In this document: one piece after another, positions 1 to 7,541 of the stretch | Numbering within the stretch: the stretch's first letter is position 1 | Layout of the letters: each line of letters begins with the position of its first letter | Assembly (NCBI GenBank): GCA_964585065.1 | Contig: CAZPCB010000002.1 | Coordinates: forward strand, 1,006-65,005 | DNA from: an uncultured Candidatus Saccharibacteria bacterium | GTDB taxonomy: Bacteria; Patescibacteriota; Minisyncoccia; SW-4-49-11 | Direction: 5' to 3' | Length of the DNA stretch: 64,000 nt | Position numbers and translations under genes: made by a program | The notes under the pieces: model-generated | Told to the model about the DNA's origin: nothing | What the model saw: the letters and a program-made list of their open reading frames with translations, nothing else | The model's database searches: none

Positions 1-1
1 G

Positions 2-229
2 TCCCTAACTACAGAACAAAAAGACCTTGCCATACAACATCTCAAACATAATCTAGATACTCATAGTGATTGGATTGTAATCAATACCACTATGGAGACA
101 TTATTCACTTGGAGTAAATCTGACACCACATTAGCTGAATGGCTTATTCCAAGACTTAAAAAATTCCAACAAGATACTCATAAATCAATATCCGGAAGAG
201 CAACTAAATACCTTATAGCCTTATCTTGA
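2..229 (+). CDS. C-terminal fragment of a CDS entering from the left edge (frame 2, stop TGA at 227-229); helical/HEAT-like tail, function unassigned
   Basis: Open frame from position 2 to the stop at 227-229 (75 codons); no start within the window; not in the ORF track because it is truncated. Confidence 0.25.
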   Translation, partial: SLTTEQKDLAIQHLKHNLDTHSDWIVINTTMETLFTWSKSDTTLAEWLIPRLKKFQQDTHKSISGRATKYLIALS

Positions 230-278
230 CTATATCTCTCTTATTCGGTACAATATACAAGTACCTTTCAAATCTAAT

Positions 279-353
279 TCCGCGATAGCTCAGCGGTAGA
301 GCAGTCGGCTGTTAACCGATTGGTCGTAGGTTCGAATCCTACTCGCGGAGCCA
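279..353 (+). tRNA. tRNA-Asn (anticodon GTT)
   Basis: Cloverleaf by eye: acceptor TCCGCGA/TCGCGGA (7 bp), D-arm GCTC..GAGC, anticodon stem GTCGG/CCGAT with loop CTGTTAA (GTT), T-arm GTAGG-TTCGAAT-CCTAC, discriminator G plus encoded CCA. Confidence 0.9.
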
Positions 354-717
354 AACAAGATAAAACCAGGGTAATTCCTGGTTTTATCTTTGTTATTACT
401 TTTGTAGAGAGTAGGATGAGAACCTGGGGAAGGGGTCGGGAAACTACTGTTTCCCGTGGTGGAGGGATTGGAACCGAGGGGTTCCAAGGAGTGAATCCCA
501 TTCACGACTGGTTTGCAATCCTACTCGCGGAGCCAAACAAGATAAAACCAGGGTAATTCCTGGTTTTATCTTTGTTATTACTTTTGTAGAGAGTAGGATG
601 AGAACCTGGGGAAGGGGTCGGGAAACTACTGTTTCCCGTGGTGGAGGGATTGGAACCGAGGGGTTCCAAGGAGTGAATCCCATTCACGACTGGTTTGCAA
701 TCCTACTCGCGGAGCCA
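354..717. repeat. Two perfect tandem copies of a 182-bp unit (354-535, 536-717) immediately 3' of tRNA-Asn. Each unit ends with a copy of the tRNA 3' end (..ggtttgcaatcctactcgcggagcca) and contains four hairpins.
   Basis: The string actcgcggagcca recurs at 341, 523 and 705 (period 182). Hairpins: aaaaccagg/cctggtttt, gggaaac/gtttccc, ttggaacc/ggttccaa, gtgaat/attcac. Outer stem agtaggat/atcctact. Confidence 0.9.
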
Positions 718-788
718 AACTCTAAAAAATAGCTAAATTATAAAAACATGGTACAATATAATAGTATATATAATACTAAAAGAATAAT

Positions 789-1331
789 ATGAAAAAAATT
801 GTTAAAATAATTGCATTAATAATAGGTATTGGTGTTTCTTCAATTTTATTAATAGGATTTATATTTACTATAACTGAAGACCCACTAGAAAAAAGCGTAA
901 AAATTATTGTTAAATCTCTAAATGAAAAAGATAGAGTAACATTTGATCAATATGTAGATCTCAAACAACTATCAGACAATATATCAAGGTCTGCTACAGA
1001 AGAGACTGCCCCAGATAGTTTGTCAGAATATAGCAAGAGACCTGATGTAGATGATGGAGATATAAGCTTTTTAAAAGATTTAATTTCAGAATATACTTCT
1101 GGAAAGTATACCGAGGTAGTTGATCTGTACTTCCAAGGTCAAGGAGAGATTAACGGCCCCCTTAAGTTTCTACTAGATATTGATGGGAAAGCAATTCGTA
1201 CAAAAATTACAAAAACTGAGACGAATGGGACTCTAACATATATACCTCCTTCTGGTGTAAATGATACGGAAAAATCTTATATTTTTGAGAAAAGGGGGGA
1301 ATATTGGGTTTTAGTAAATGCAATTAAGTAG
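789..1331 (+). CDS. hypothetical protein with N-terminal transmembrane anchor
   Basis: 180-aa ORF with a hydrophobic N-terminus (IIALIIGIGVSSILLIGFIF); no recognisable domain. Confidence 0.5.
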   Translation: MKKIVKIIALIIGIGVSSILLIGFIFTITEDPLEKSVKIIVKSLNEKDRVTFDQYVDLKQLSDNISRSATEETAPDSLSEYSKRPDVDDGDISFLKDLISEYTSGKYTEVVDLYFQGQGEINGPLKFLLDIDGKAIRTKITKTETNGTLTYIPPSGVNDTEKSYIFEKRGEYWVLVNAIK

Positions 1332-1353
1332 TTATATTACAACTATAATTTCC

Positions 1354-1393
1354 CCCACTCAAAGGTTCGAACATCCTCTAGCTCCCGGAGCCA
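1354..1393. repeat. pseudo-tRNA 3'-end fragment (ccactcaaaggttcgaacatcctctagctcccggagcca), degenerate copy of the tRNA-Asn T-loop/acceptor 3' half
   Basis: Contains ggttcgaa (T-loop) and ..cggagcca; the same fragment recurs at 3996-4036. Confidence 0.6.
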
Positions 1394-1573
1394 AACAAGA
1401 TAAAGCCAGGGTAATTCCTGGTTTTGTTTTTGTTATTGACTTTGAGAAAGTAGGATGAGAACCTGGGGAAGGGGTCGGGAAACGGAAGTTTCCCGTGGCG
1501 GAAATACCAAAACCGAGGGGTTTTGGGGAGTGAATCCCATTCACGACTGGTTTGCAATCCTACTCGCGGAGCA
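1394..1573. repeat. third, diverged copy (~90% identity) of the 182-bp tRNA-linked unit, followed by the same downstream flank (aactccctttaaatagc) as the array at 718
   Basis: Alignment by eye to 354-535. Hairpin 2 changed from ttggaacc/ggttccaa to ccaaaacc/ggttttgg (four compensatory pair changes). Hairpin 1 loop changed tact to ggaa. Confidence 0.85.
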
Positions 1574-1611
1574 AACTCCCTTTAAATAGCTTATTTTAGC
1601 TATTTTTTGGT

Positions 1612-2460
1612 TTATTTTTTCAACCACTTATTAAAGAATTCTCTTTGTAATGTATTACTCTCTTTTATAACTTGACTCAATCCATGATCAGCTTCATTGA
1701 AATAATGAAAATCAACACTATTATGACCCGCTTCTATAAGTTTATTGAAAAATTTTACTGCAATACTAGGAATTACTTGGACATCTTGCCCTCCTTGAAT
1801 AATTTGTAATGGAATAGTTTTATCTATCTCTTCTACATTCTGATAGGGAGATTTAGCTTTTATTAGCTCCTCTGAATTTGTATCATACATATCTGAATGC
1901 CATTCTTTCAAACCCGGTCTACTTATATATTCGCTTGCAATATCTAACAGGGAGCTTTGTATACTAACACATCGTATCCAATTTAGAGATTTACGTAATA
2001 TGTTCAAACTCATTAAACCACCTCTACTCATTCCCCTCATTCCAATTCTCGTAGAGTCTACATAGTCCAAGCTATCTATTACTGGTTTTAGATTAATAAT
2101 ATCCTCTAAATCCATACCTGAAAGCTCATCTTTTCCCTCACTACCCCCATTACCAGAGTATTGTGACGCAATTACCACATAGCCCCAAGAGGCAATAATA
2201 CATATAACTCCGATAAGCTTTTTACCAGTTATAACACCAAACTCTTTTGAGCCACCTCTATTGTAGATAATACATGGATATACACCATCTGCTTTTGGTT
2301 TTACAATATATCCTTTGATTTGTCGTCCATCTGAATCATAAGTAAGGTCATATAAATCCAACATGTCTAATGTATTCCAAGTCAATTTTTGCGTATCTAA
2401 AGGGAGAGCCTGCAATGTCTCTTGAACGATAGAATTCCAATCTATAGGTAATAACTTCAT
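1612..2460 (-). CDS. alpha/beta hydrolase, S9 prolyl-oligopeptidase/dienelactone-hydrolase-like catalytic domain
   Basis: 282 aa; nucleophile elbow GMSRGG, C-terminal ..GGQDVQV..ADHG arrangement typical of S9/DLH-fold serine hydrolases. Confidence 0.6.
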   Translation of the reverse strand: MKLLPIDWNSIVQETLQALPLDTQKLTWNTLDMLDLYDLTYDSDGRQIKGYIVKPKADGVYPCIIYNRGGSKEFGVITGKKLIGVICIIASWGYVVIASQYSGNGGSEGKDELSGMDLEDIINLKPVIDSLDYVDSTRIGMRGMSRGGLMSLNILRKSLNWIRCVSIQSSLLDIASEYISRPGLKEWHSDMYDTNSEELIKAKSPYQNVEEIDKTIPLQIIQGGQDVQVIPSIAVKFFNKLIEAGHNSVDFHYFNEADHGLSQVIKESNTLQREFFNKWLKK

Positions 2461-2467
2461 GAGATTA

Positions 2468-3685
2468 TTATATATACTTTTGAGCTTCTATCCACTCCTC
2501 CTCGGATAAATTTCCTTTAATCACAAGAGATTTAATATGAGATGATAGGAATTGTTTTGCTAGAGATATAACTTCTTCATAAGATATTGCTCTGACTTGC
2601 TCATAGAAATCTTCTAAGGTAAGATGTATTCCGTCATCATAACGCAACTGAAATCCATAAAAAGACTGTATGTCATATATGCTACCATCTTGAGTTTTTT
2701 CATCACTTATATAAATAGTTTTATATCTTTCTATATCTTGTGGCGTTATCAAAGACTCCAGATTATTAATAGAGTTATAGATAATTTGCAATGACTCTAA
2801 TAGCTTCTCTTTATCTATTTTATATTGAATCTGTATGTCTATACTATTAGGATGTACATTTGAATATGAATCAATCCAATATACTAAACCATTCTTAATT
2901 CGTAGTTCTTGTAATAATACTGAAGTCCAAAAATTAGCTAAAGTTGTTCGTAGAATTGATACAGCCGTGCTAGTTCTAAGGTTTATCGTATTGGGGATAG
3001 CATACCCAAATAAAACTTCTAATGTGTTATCTGATGTTGGAAGCAATCTATTAGTAGATTTTACACTTTCTAAAGCTCCAAGAGATAAAAATGGCTCTAT
3101 AGAATTTACTTCTGAATCTAATATAATCTCATTTATATCTGGAGTAATAATTAATAAATGTGCTTGGTTCTTTGTATAATGCTTTTCTGCATAATAAATA
3201 TACTCCTCATATGTAATGCTATCTAAATCCCCAAATACATTATACGCTAAAGATGTGTTAGAGTACAAAGTATCAGTAAAAATTTTATAGATATTATTTT
3301 GATCATTAGCTTTTTCTTGAGCAATAATATTTTTTTCCTTTTCAAAAGCCTCTCGAGATACTGGTTCTTGATCAAAGTTGTTTAATAATAGTTGTAAAGA
3401 AGGTAAAAGATTATCTAACTCTTGGACATGATAGTAATAGGTTAAATATGCTGTTGTATAAGCATTAGCTCTAATTCCATACTCTTCTAAAGTTTTGGCC
3501 TTAGTATACTCATCATCTCCTCCTGCCCAAAGATGTTCAAAAAAATGAGATAAGCCTTGAGCATTAACATCATCAAGTGCATATCCTCGAGCAAACCAAA
3601 GAGATACAGAAGACATAATTTGTTGCCTATCTTCTATTACTGTAGTCTTAATCCCTTGATATATCCCATGTTTAATAGTGGGCAT
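2468..3685 (-). CDS. M16 family (pitrilysin/insulinase-like) zinc peptidase
   Basis: 405 aa; inverted zinc-binding motif HFFEH (HxxEH) near the N-terminus followed by a downstream Glu region; sits 7 bp from the hydrolase gene, likely an operon. Confidence 0.75.
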   Translation of the reverse strand: MPTIKHGIYQGIKTTVIEDRQQIMSSVSLWFARGYALDDVNAQGLSHFFEHLWAGGDDEYTKAKTLEEYGIRANAYTTAYLTYYYHVQELDNLLPSLQLLLNNFDQEPVSREAFEKEKNIIAQEKANDQNNIYKIFTDTLYSNTSLAYNVFGDLDSITYEEYIYYAEKHYTKNQAHLLIITPDINEIILDSEVNSIEPFLSLGALESVKSTNRLLPTSDNTLEVLFGYAIPNTINLRTSTAVSILRTTLANFWTSVLLQELRIKNGLVYWIDSYSNVHPNSIDIQIQYKIDKEKLLESLQIIYNSINNLESLITPQDIERYKTIYISDEKTQDGSIYDIQSFYGFQLRYDDGIHLTLEDFYEQVRAISYEEVISLAKQFLSSHIKSLVIKGNLSEEEWIEAQKYI

Positions 3686-3716
3686 AATAATGTTGTTTAA
3701 ACTATACTCAGTATAT

Positions 3717-3751
3717 ATAAAATAATGAGGGAAGGCAACTTGTACCTTCCC
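3717..3751 (-). terminator. intrinsic terminator-like hairpin (minus orientation GGGAAGG-N9-CCTTCCC followed by tcattatttt) between a GC-rich leader/small ORF and the M16 peptidase start
   Basis: Plus-strand gggaaggcaacttgtaccttccc at 3729-3751, with a T-run on the minus strand. Confidence 0.45.
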
Positions 3752-3788
3752 TGTTTGGAACTTGGAGCCTAGTAGCTACCGTTGAGGA

Positions 3789-3869
3789 CTACTTGCTGGG
3801 ACGAGGGGTGGGACGGCCAGAGCCATTCCCCCAACCTTGCGAACCGCCACCACCATTGCTATTGGCCAT
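3789..3869 (-). CDS. possible 26-aa Gly-rich small peptide (MANSNGGGGSQGWGNGSGRPTPRPSK) in a GC-rich patch; could instead be a structured leader RNA
   Basis: ATG at 3869, TAG at 3789-3791, GGAG 11 nt upstream; codon usage is GC-rich and unlike its surroundings; has its own promoter-like element and a downstream hairpin. Confidence 0.2.
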   Translation of the reverse strand: MANSNGGGGSQGWGNGSGRPTPRPSK

Positions 3870-3922
3870 TGAAATGAATCTCCGAAACGAAGGGGTAGAG
3901 AGACATTACTGTCTCAAAACCA

Positions 3923-3961
3923 AATCTATCACAAATATTAATATTTGTCAATAACTGTCAA
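3923..3961 (-). promoter_or_regulatory. sigma70-like promoter on the minus strand: TTGACAgttaTTGACA, then 17 bp, then TAGATT
   Basis: Reverse complement of 3923-3961; -35 at 3946-3951, -10 at 3923-3928; nearly the same architecture recurs at 63443-63481. Confidence 0.45.
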
Positions 3962-3995
3962 TTATATTAATTCTTCCTGAAAACCTCCTAGATTA

Positions 3996-4052
3996 CCCAC
4001 TCAAAGGTTCGAACATCGTCTAGCTCGCGGAGCCAACTCTCTTTAAATAGCT
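3996..4052. repeat. solo copy of the pseudo-tRNA-3' fragment joined directly to the downstream-flank motif (..cgcggagcca|actctctttaaatagc), i.e. an empty-site/attR-like junction
   Basis: Same fragment and flank as at 1354-1393/1574-1590, without the 182-bp unit between them. Confidence 0.6.
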
Positions 4053-4106
4053 TGATCGTAATATTCTCAATTAATGCTATACTACATGTATATTTAACTC
4101 TATTAT

Positions 4107-5654
4107 ATGAAAGTTAGTAGAAAAATCTTTTTCATAGCCCCAGGGATTATATTGTTATGTGTAGTGATATTAAGTGGGTATATAATAATGAATAGTAATA
4201 CTCAATCAGCTACCTCTCCTAATACACCACCCTACTTAACGGAAGTAAGGGATTATACATTACATAATACTATTTCATTTATAAAACCAATTGATTATAC
4301 AAAATACCAGAATAATCAGGAAGATCTAGATATTGCTATGCAAAAAACCTATCTCGAGGGAGGAATAACTTTTGATGAATTTTTAGAACTGAATAGTATG
4401 GTAAATTTAATAGATAATAATCTTAAAGATATAGAGGCAACTCTATATTACAACTCAGAAACTGTGCTATCTGGAGTTATTTTGAGCTCTAATAAAGAAG
4501 TTTTTTACACAAATGCACGCCAAAAACTACAAGAGTTGAATATTAATTCCCCAGATCTCACCTCTCTCAAAATCACTGAGATATATTTCCGGACCACCTC
4601 TCAAGATTCTAGAGCTTTAGAGTTGGCTTATTTATTCAATATCAACACTGATGTTGAATTTAATAAAAATCTTAAAATAAAACTAGATAATGCTATTAAC
4701 TCTAATAATTACTCCGATTTAGAAAATACAGGGTTAAATATATCTAACCCTTATAATACCGATAATTATGGACTCAAAAGATTAAAAAGGGAGAATGAAG
4801 AAAAGACTAAGAGATTAGCACAAATTGAGTCCTGTATACTTGATTTATATATTCAAGAAGCCGATTTAAAGATTAGATTAAATCAACCTACATGGAGCAC
4901 CAAAAAAGGCCAGTATACAGAAACTATATCTAATCTGAGTAATAAAATTGGATCAATAAACTCACAAGGAGAAAGGACTATAATAGGATGTGAACAATAT
5001 CATTTCCACAATATCCAAATCAGATTCACAAAACCACTCTCTATTAGTGATATTCAGGAGATTGAGAATACCTTACCATTAATTTATCCCAAAAAATATA
5101 TAGCGGAATTAGATCCAGACTATAGGACTAACACTACTAGTACAGAAATAGATATATTAAATGCTCAATTTGATAACTATGAACCTGAAGACTATACTTA
5201 TCGTGATATAGATTTAATAACCACCACATCTACTGAAACTTCACAGTTATTTGCTTTATTTAATCCTGGGAAAAATTGGAAAGATATGAAAAATAATTAT
5301 TATCAAAATCGCACATACTTAAATATCCCTAAAGATAGTGTCGAGAAATATAGAAATGACCAGGATACAATCTATTACTTTACTAACAACCCTCAGTATA
5401 CTAATTTAAGTACTCAGTATATTGATGGTGTTACTCTCTTTACCACAACCCTAGACGATCAATATCTATGCTTACAACAATTATTAACATCAGATAACCA
5501 CTCATCTTGTAGTGTATTCTCTTTAAATCAAAGCCAGAAAAAGCTCTTACAATCCTACATAAAATTGATTGAAATTACCCCTGTAGCACCACATACCCAC
5601 ACAGACTTATATAAATTTGAGGCAAGCCCAACTTCTTCTTTTTGGGTAAAGTAA
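4107..5654 (+). CDS. hypothetical membrane-anchored protein (N/T/Y-rich, low complexity)
   Basis: 515-aa ORF; N-terminal TM (IFFIAPGIILLCVVILSGYII); no recognisable domain. Confidence 0.5.
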   Translation: MKVSRKIFFIAPGIILLCVVILSGYIIMNSNTQSATSPNTPPYLTEVRDYTLHNTISFIKPIDYTKYQNNQEDLDIAMQKTYLEGGITFDEFLELNSMVNLIDNNLKDIEATLYYNSETVLSGVILSSNKEVFYTNARQKLQELNINSPDLTSLKITEIYFRTTSQDSRALELAYLFNINTDVEFNKNLKIKLDNAINSNNYSDLENTGLNISNPYNTDNYGLKRLKRENEEKTKRLAQIESCILDLYIQEADLKIRLNQPTWSTKKGQYTETISNLSNKIGSINSQGERTIIGCEQYHFHNIQIRFTKPLSISDIQEIENTLPLIYPKKYIAELDPDYRTNTTSTEIDILNAQFDNYEPEDYTYRDIDLITTTSTETSQLFALFNPGKNWKDMKNNYYQNRTYLNIPKDSVEKYRNDQDTIYYFTNNPQYTNLSTQYIDGVTLFTTTLDDQYLCLQQLLTSDNHSSCSVFSLNQSQKKLLQSYIKLIEITPVAPHTHTDLYKFEASPTSSFWVK

Positions 5655-5666
5655 TCTCAAGACTAG

Positions 5667-6011
5667 CTACCTCATTAAAAGCCAAATGTCTATTGAGGTA
5701 ATAATTATTGCAGTAATTATGGCAAGTGCGACTATACTAGATCCAATATCTTTAATTCTTTTGATATGAATATTCCACTTAGGTTCCATAAAATCACAAA
5801 TTAACTCTATGGTAGTATTAATCAATTCTAAAATAATAATTGAAATACCAAATAATATCGTTTGCTTTATTAATTCCCAACTTTCCAAAAAAACTTCTAG
5901 TCCAACCAATACCAGAGTAATAATAATTGTTTGTATGATTAGGTTATTATCTCTAGAGAAAGCATATGATAAGCCTTCAACCCATAATTGATATTTTTTA
6001 AGCAGTTTCAT
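5667..6011 (-). CDS. dgkA: diacylglycerol kinase / undecaprenol kinase (DgkA family)
   Basis: 114 aa, 3 TM; motifs ELINTTIE and KDIGSSIVALAIIT match DgkA (E..N.AIE and KD.GSAAV.). Confidence 0.65.
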   Translation of the reverse strand: MKLLKKYQLWVEGLSYAFSRDNNLIIQTIIITLVLVGLEVFLESWELIKQTILFGISIIILELINTTIELICDFMEPKWNIHIKRIKDIGSSIVALAIITAIIITSIDIWLLMR

Positions 6012-6321
6012 AGGGTAGATTATCTTTTACCCTATGAAGCATCCCGACAGCACTATTGATTACATAAAAACCTTGTTTTTCCATAAGTAAAGAAGCTATT
6101 TGAGAGCGTTCACCACTTTTACAGTAGATAATATAGGTTTTCGATGGATCTAATCTTTTTATTTCCTGAACAATATCAGACCTACTAATATCAAAATTTA
6201 CCGCTCCCACTATATGCCCTTGATTAAACTCCTCTAAAGTCCGAACATCAAGTAATATTTCATTCTCTGGTAAATTTTGAGATTTAGATTGAAACTCTTG
6301 GGTTGTAGATATTATATTCAT
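5998..6321 (-). CDS. rhodanese-like sulfurtransferase domain protein
   Basis: 107 aa; active-site loop CKSGERS (Cys-x-S-G-x-R); overlaps dgkA by 14 nt. Confidence 0.75.
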   Translation of the reverse strand: MNIISTTQEFQSKSQNLPENEILLDVRTLEEFNQGHIVGAVNFDISRSDIVQEIKRLDPSKTYIIYCKSGERSQIASLLMEKQGFYVINSAVGMLHRVKDNLPYETA

Positions 6322-6488
6322 GCTATTATAGTAAGCTATATATATACTTTACTACATATATCTATCCATTTCAATTTGTAATCACTTCTCTCTTTTCAAA
6401 TTTATATACTTGTTAGCCATATAATACTTTAGTAGAGAACGTGTATTCTACTATACTAAAATAAAAGTGGATTAAGCACTACTGTCTA

Positions 6489-6517
6489 CCAGTCAAACAT
6501 CGTCTAGCTCCCGAATC
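6489..6517. repeat. short fragment of the pseudo-tRNA-3' repeat (aaacatcgtctagctcccgaatcc)
   Basis: Similarity by eye to 4012-4036. Confidence 0.35.
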
Positions 6518-6573
6518 CTAGATGATGTGGGCAACGTATTAATACAAATCTAATTACCAAATTATTATATTTA

Positions 6574-7302
6574 TCATCTATTTATCCAGGCAAAAATTCT
6601 GTTCAATTCCGATACAATATCCCGATCTAATATTTTTCCATGAGCTATTATAATTCTTTTTGGATTTAAAACTTTAACCCGATCAATTGATTTTTTTAAT
6701 AATTGATGATTACCCCAAAACAATGTTCTCTGGTCTCTCGTTGTGCCTCCATTTGGATGCAAAGCCCCACCTATATATGCTAAAGCTCGGAAAAATGGAT
6801 TGATTTTCTTTGCTTCAAAATTCTCTATAATATCAGTTACAATCCAAGATTTGCTAGGAATATGAAAAAAAGTGTATTCAGTCATAAATCGATTACCAAA
6901 CATAGGTAGAATCTCTAAATCTGGGAAATAATCCCGATCTATGTCTTTTAATTCCCTATCCCATCGTATTGATTGCCCTGCTTGCTGACTTCGCTTTTGA
7001 ACTCCATCACTAGCAAAAGTAATAGCTTCTGGATAGGCTTTTTGAAAATCCTGTATATACCAATAGTGAATTTTATTTGGAGAGATTAAATACTTTACAT
7101 TTCCCAACTCATCTAATTCTTTTTTCAAAGAACTCGTTAAACTAATTGGAGAGTGGATAAAAAGGTCATTATTAGAAAATCTTATTACTACCATTCTCGT
7201 AGTAAATGGCATTCCATAAAAATATATTATAGGACCATCTACAATCCATAGATTTTCACTAATTAATTTTAACGTATGTATTGGTTGATACAAATTATCC
7301 AT
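6574..7302 (-). CDS. conserved hypothetical protein (possibly DUF4336-like/MBL-fold related)
   Basis: 242-aa ORF; the family assignment is memory-based and weak. Confidence 0.5.
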   Translation of the reverse strand: MDNLYQPIHTLKLISENLWIVDGPIIYFYGMPFTTRMVVIRFSNNDLFIHSPISLTSSLKKELDELGNVKYLISPNKIHYWYIQDFQKAYPEAITFASDGVQKRSQQAGQSIRWDRELKDIDRDYFPDLEILPMFGNRFMTEYTFFHIPSKSWIVTDIIENFEAKKINPFFRALAYIGGALHPNGGTTRDQRTLFWGNHQLLKKSIDRVKVLNPKRIIIAHGKILDRDIVSELNRIFAWINR

Positions 7303-7430
7303 ATTATTTTTATGATTCTATTGTAATTATACACATTTATATATATTTTATCTACTTATAAAATTTATCTCCTCTCAAAACCATAGTGAGCCCCCTCTAG
7401 GGTAATGAGTGCTCTCTAACACTCATTTTT

Positions 7431-7460
7431 ATTATTGATTTTGAGAGAGTAGGATGAGAA
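7431..7460. repeat. fragment of the 182-bp unit (ttattgattttgagagagtaggatgagaa, matching 1436-1465)
   Basis: Similarity by eye; lies just left of the GC-rich island. Confidence 0.4.
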
Positions 7461-7541
7461 AAACTTAAGAATAAAGAATCCCCCCACTTAGGTGAGAGGA
7501 TTGTTGGAATTAGAGTTTACTTATCTTTCGTAGAGATTAAC

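Noticed and set aside
274-687. Five overlapping ORF-track ORFs (274-501, 290-505, 320-556, 444-683, 502-687) and 1359-1544 lying over the tRNA and the 182-bp repeats
   Set aside because: They are translations of tRNA/repeat DNA on both strands. They are mutually overlapping and duplicated because the DNA is duplicated; structured-RNA or insertion-element DNA is the better explanation.
354-717. The tandem repeats considered as a possible CRISPR array
   Set aside because: The units are contiguous 182-bp copies with no unique spacers and no cas genes.
2835-3179. 114-aa plus-strand ORF antisense inside the M16 peptidase gene
   Set aside because: Fully embedded antisense to a well-supported CDS and has no features; spurious.
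5809-5991. Short ORFs antisense to dgkA (5809-5991), the desaturase (8006-8194, 8233-8544), ADO (8727-9035), the ABC genes (17755-17958, 19208-19393, 19522-19824) and others (21280-21564, 25259-25465, 27153-27407, 30002-30400, 31798-31998, 32193-32472, 35331-35573, 36186-36767, 40096-40362, 40796-40987, 44194-45555, 46375-46935, 47417-47650, 49995-50219, 50434-50646, 50928-51140, 52078-52583, 53566-53754, 56195-56398, 57132-57356, 58306-58515, 61870-62067, 63149-63349, 63568-63810)
   Set aside because: All are embedded in, or in alternative frames of, longer well-supported genes with no independent signals; treated as spurious.
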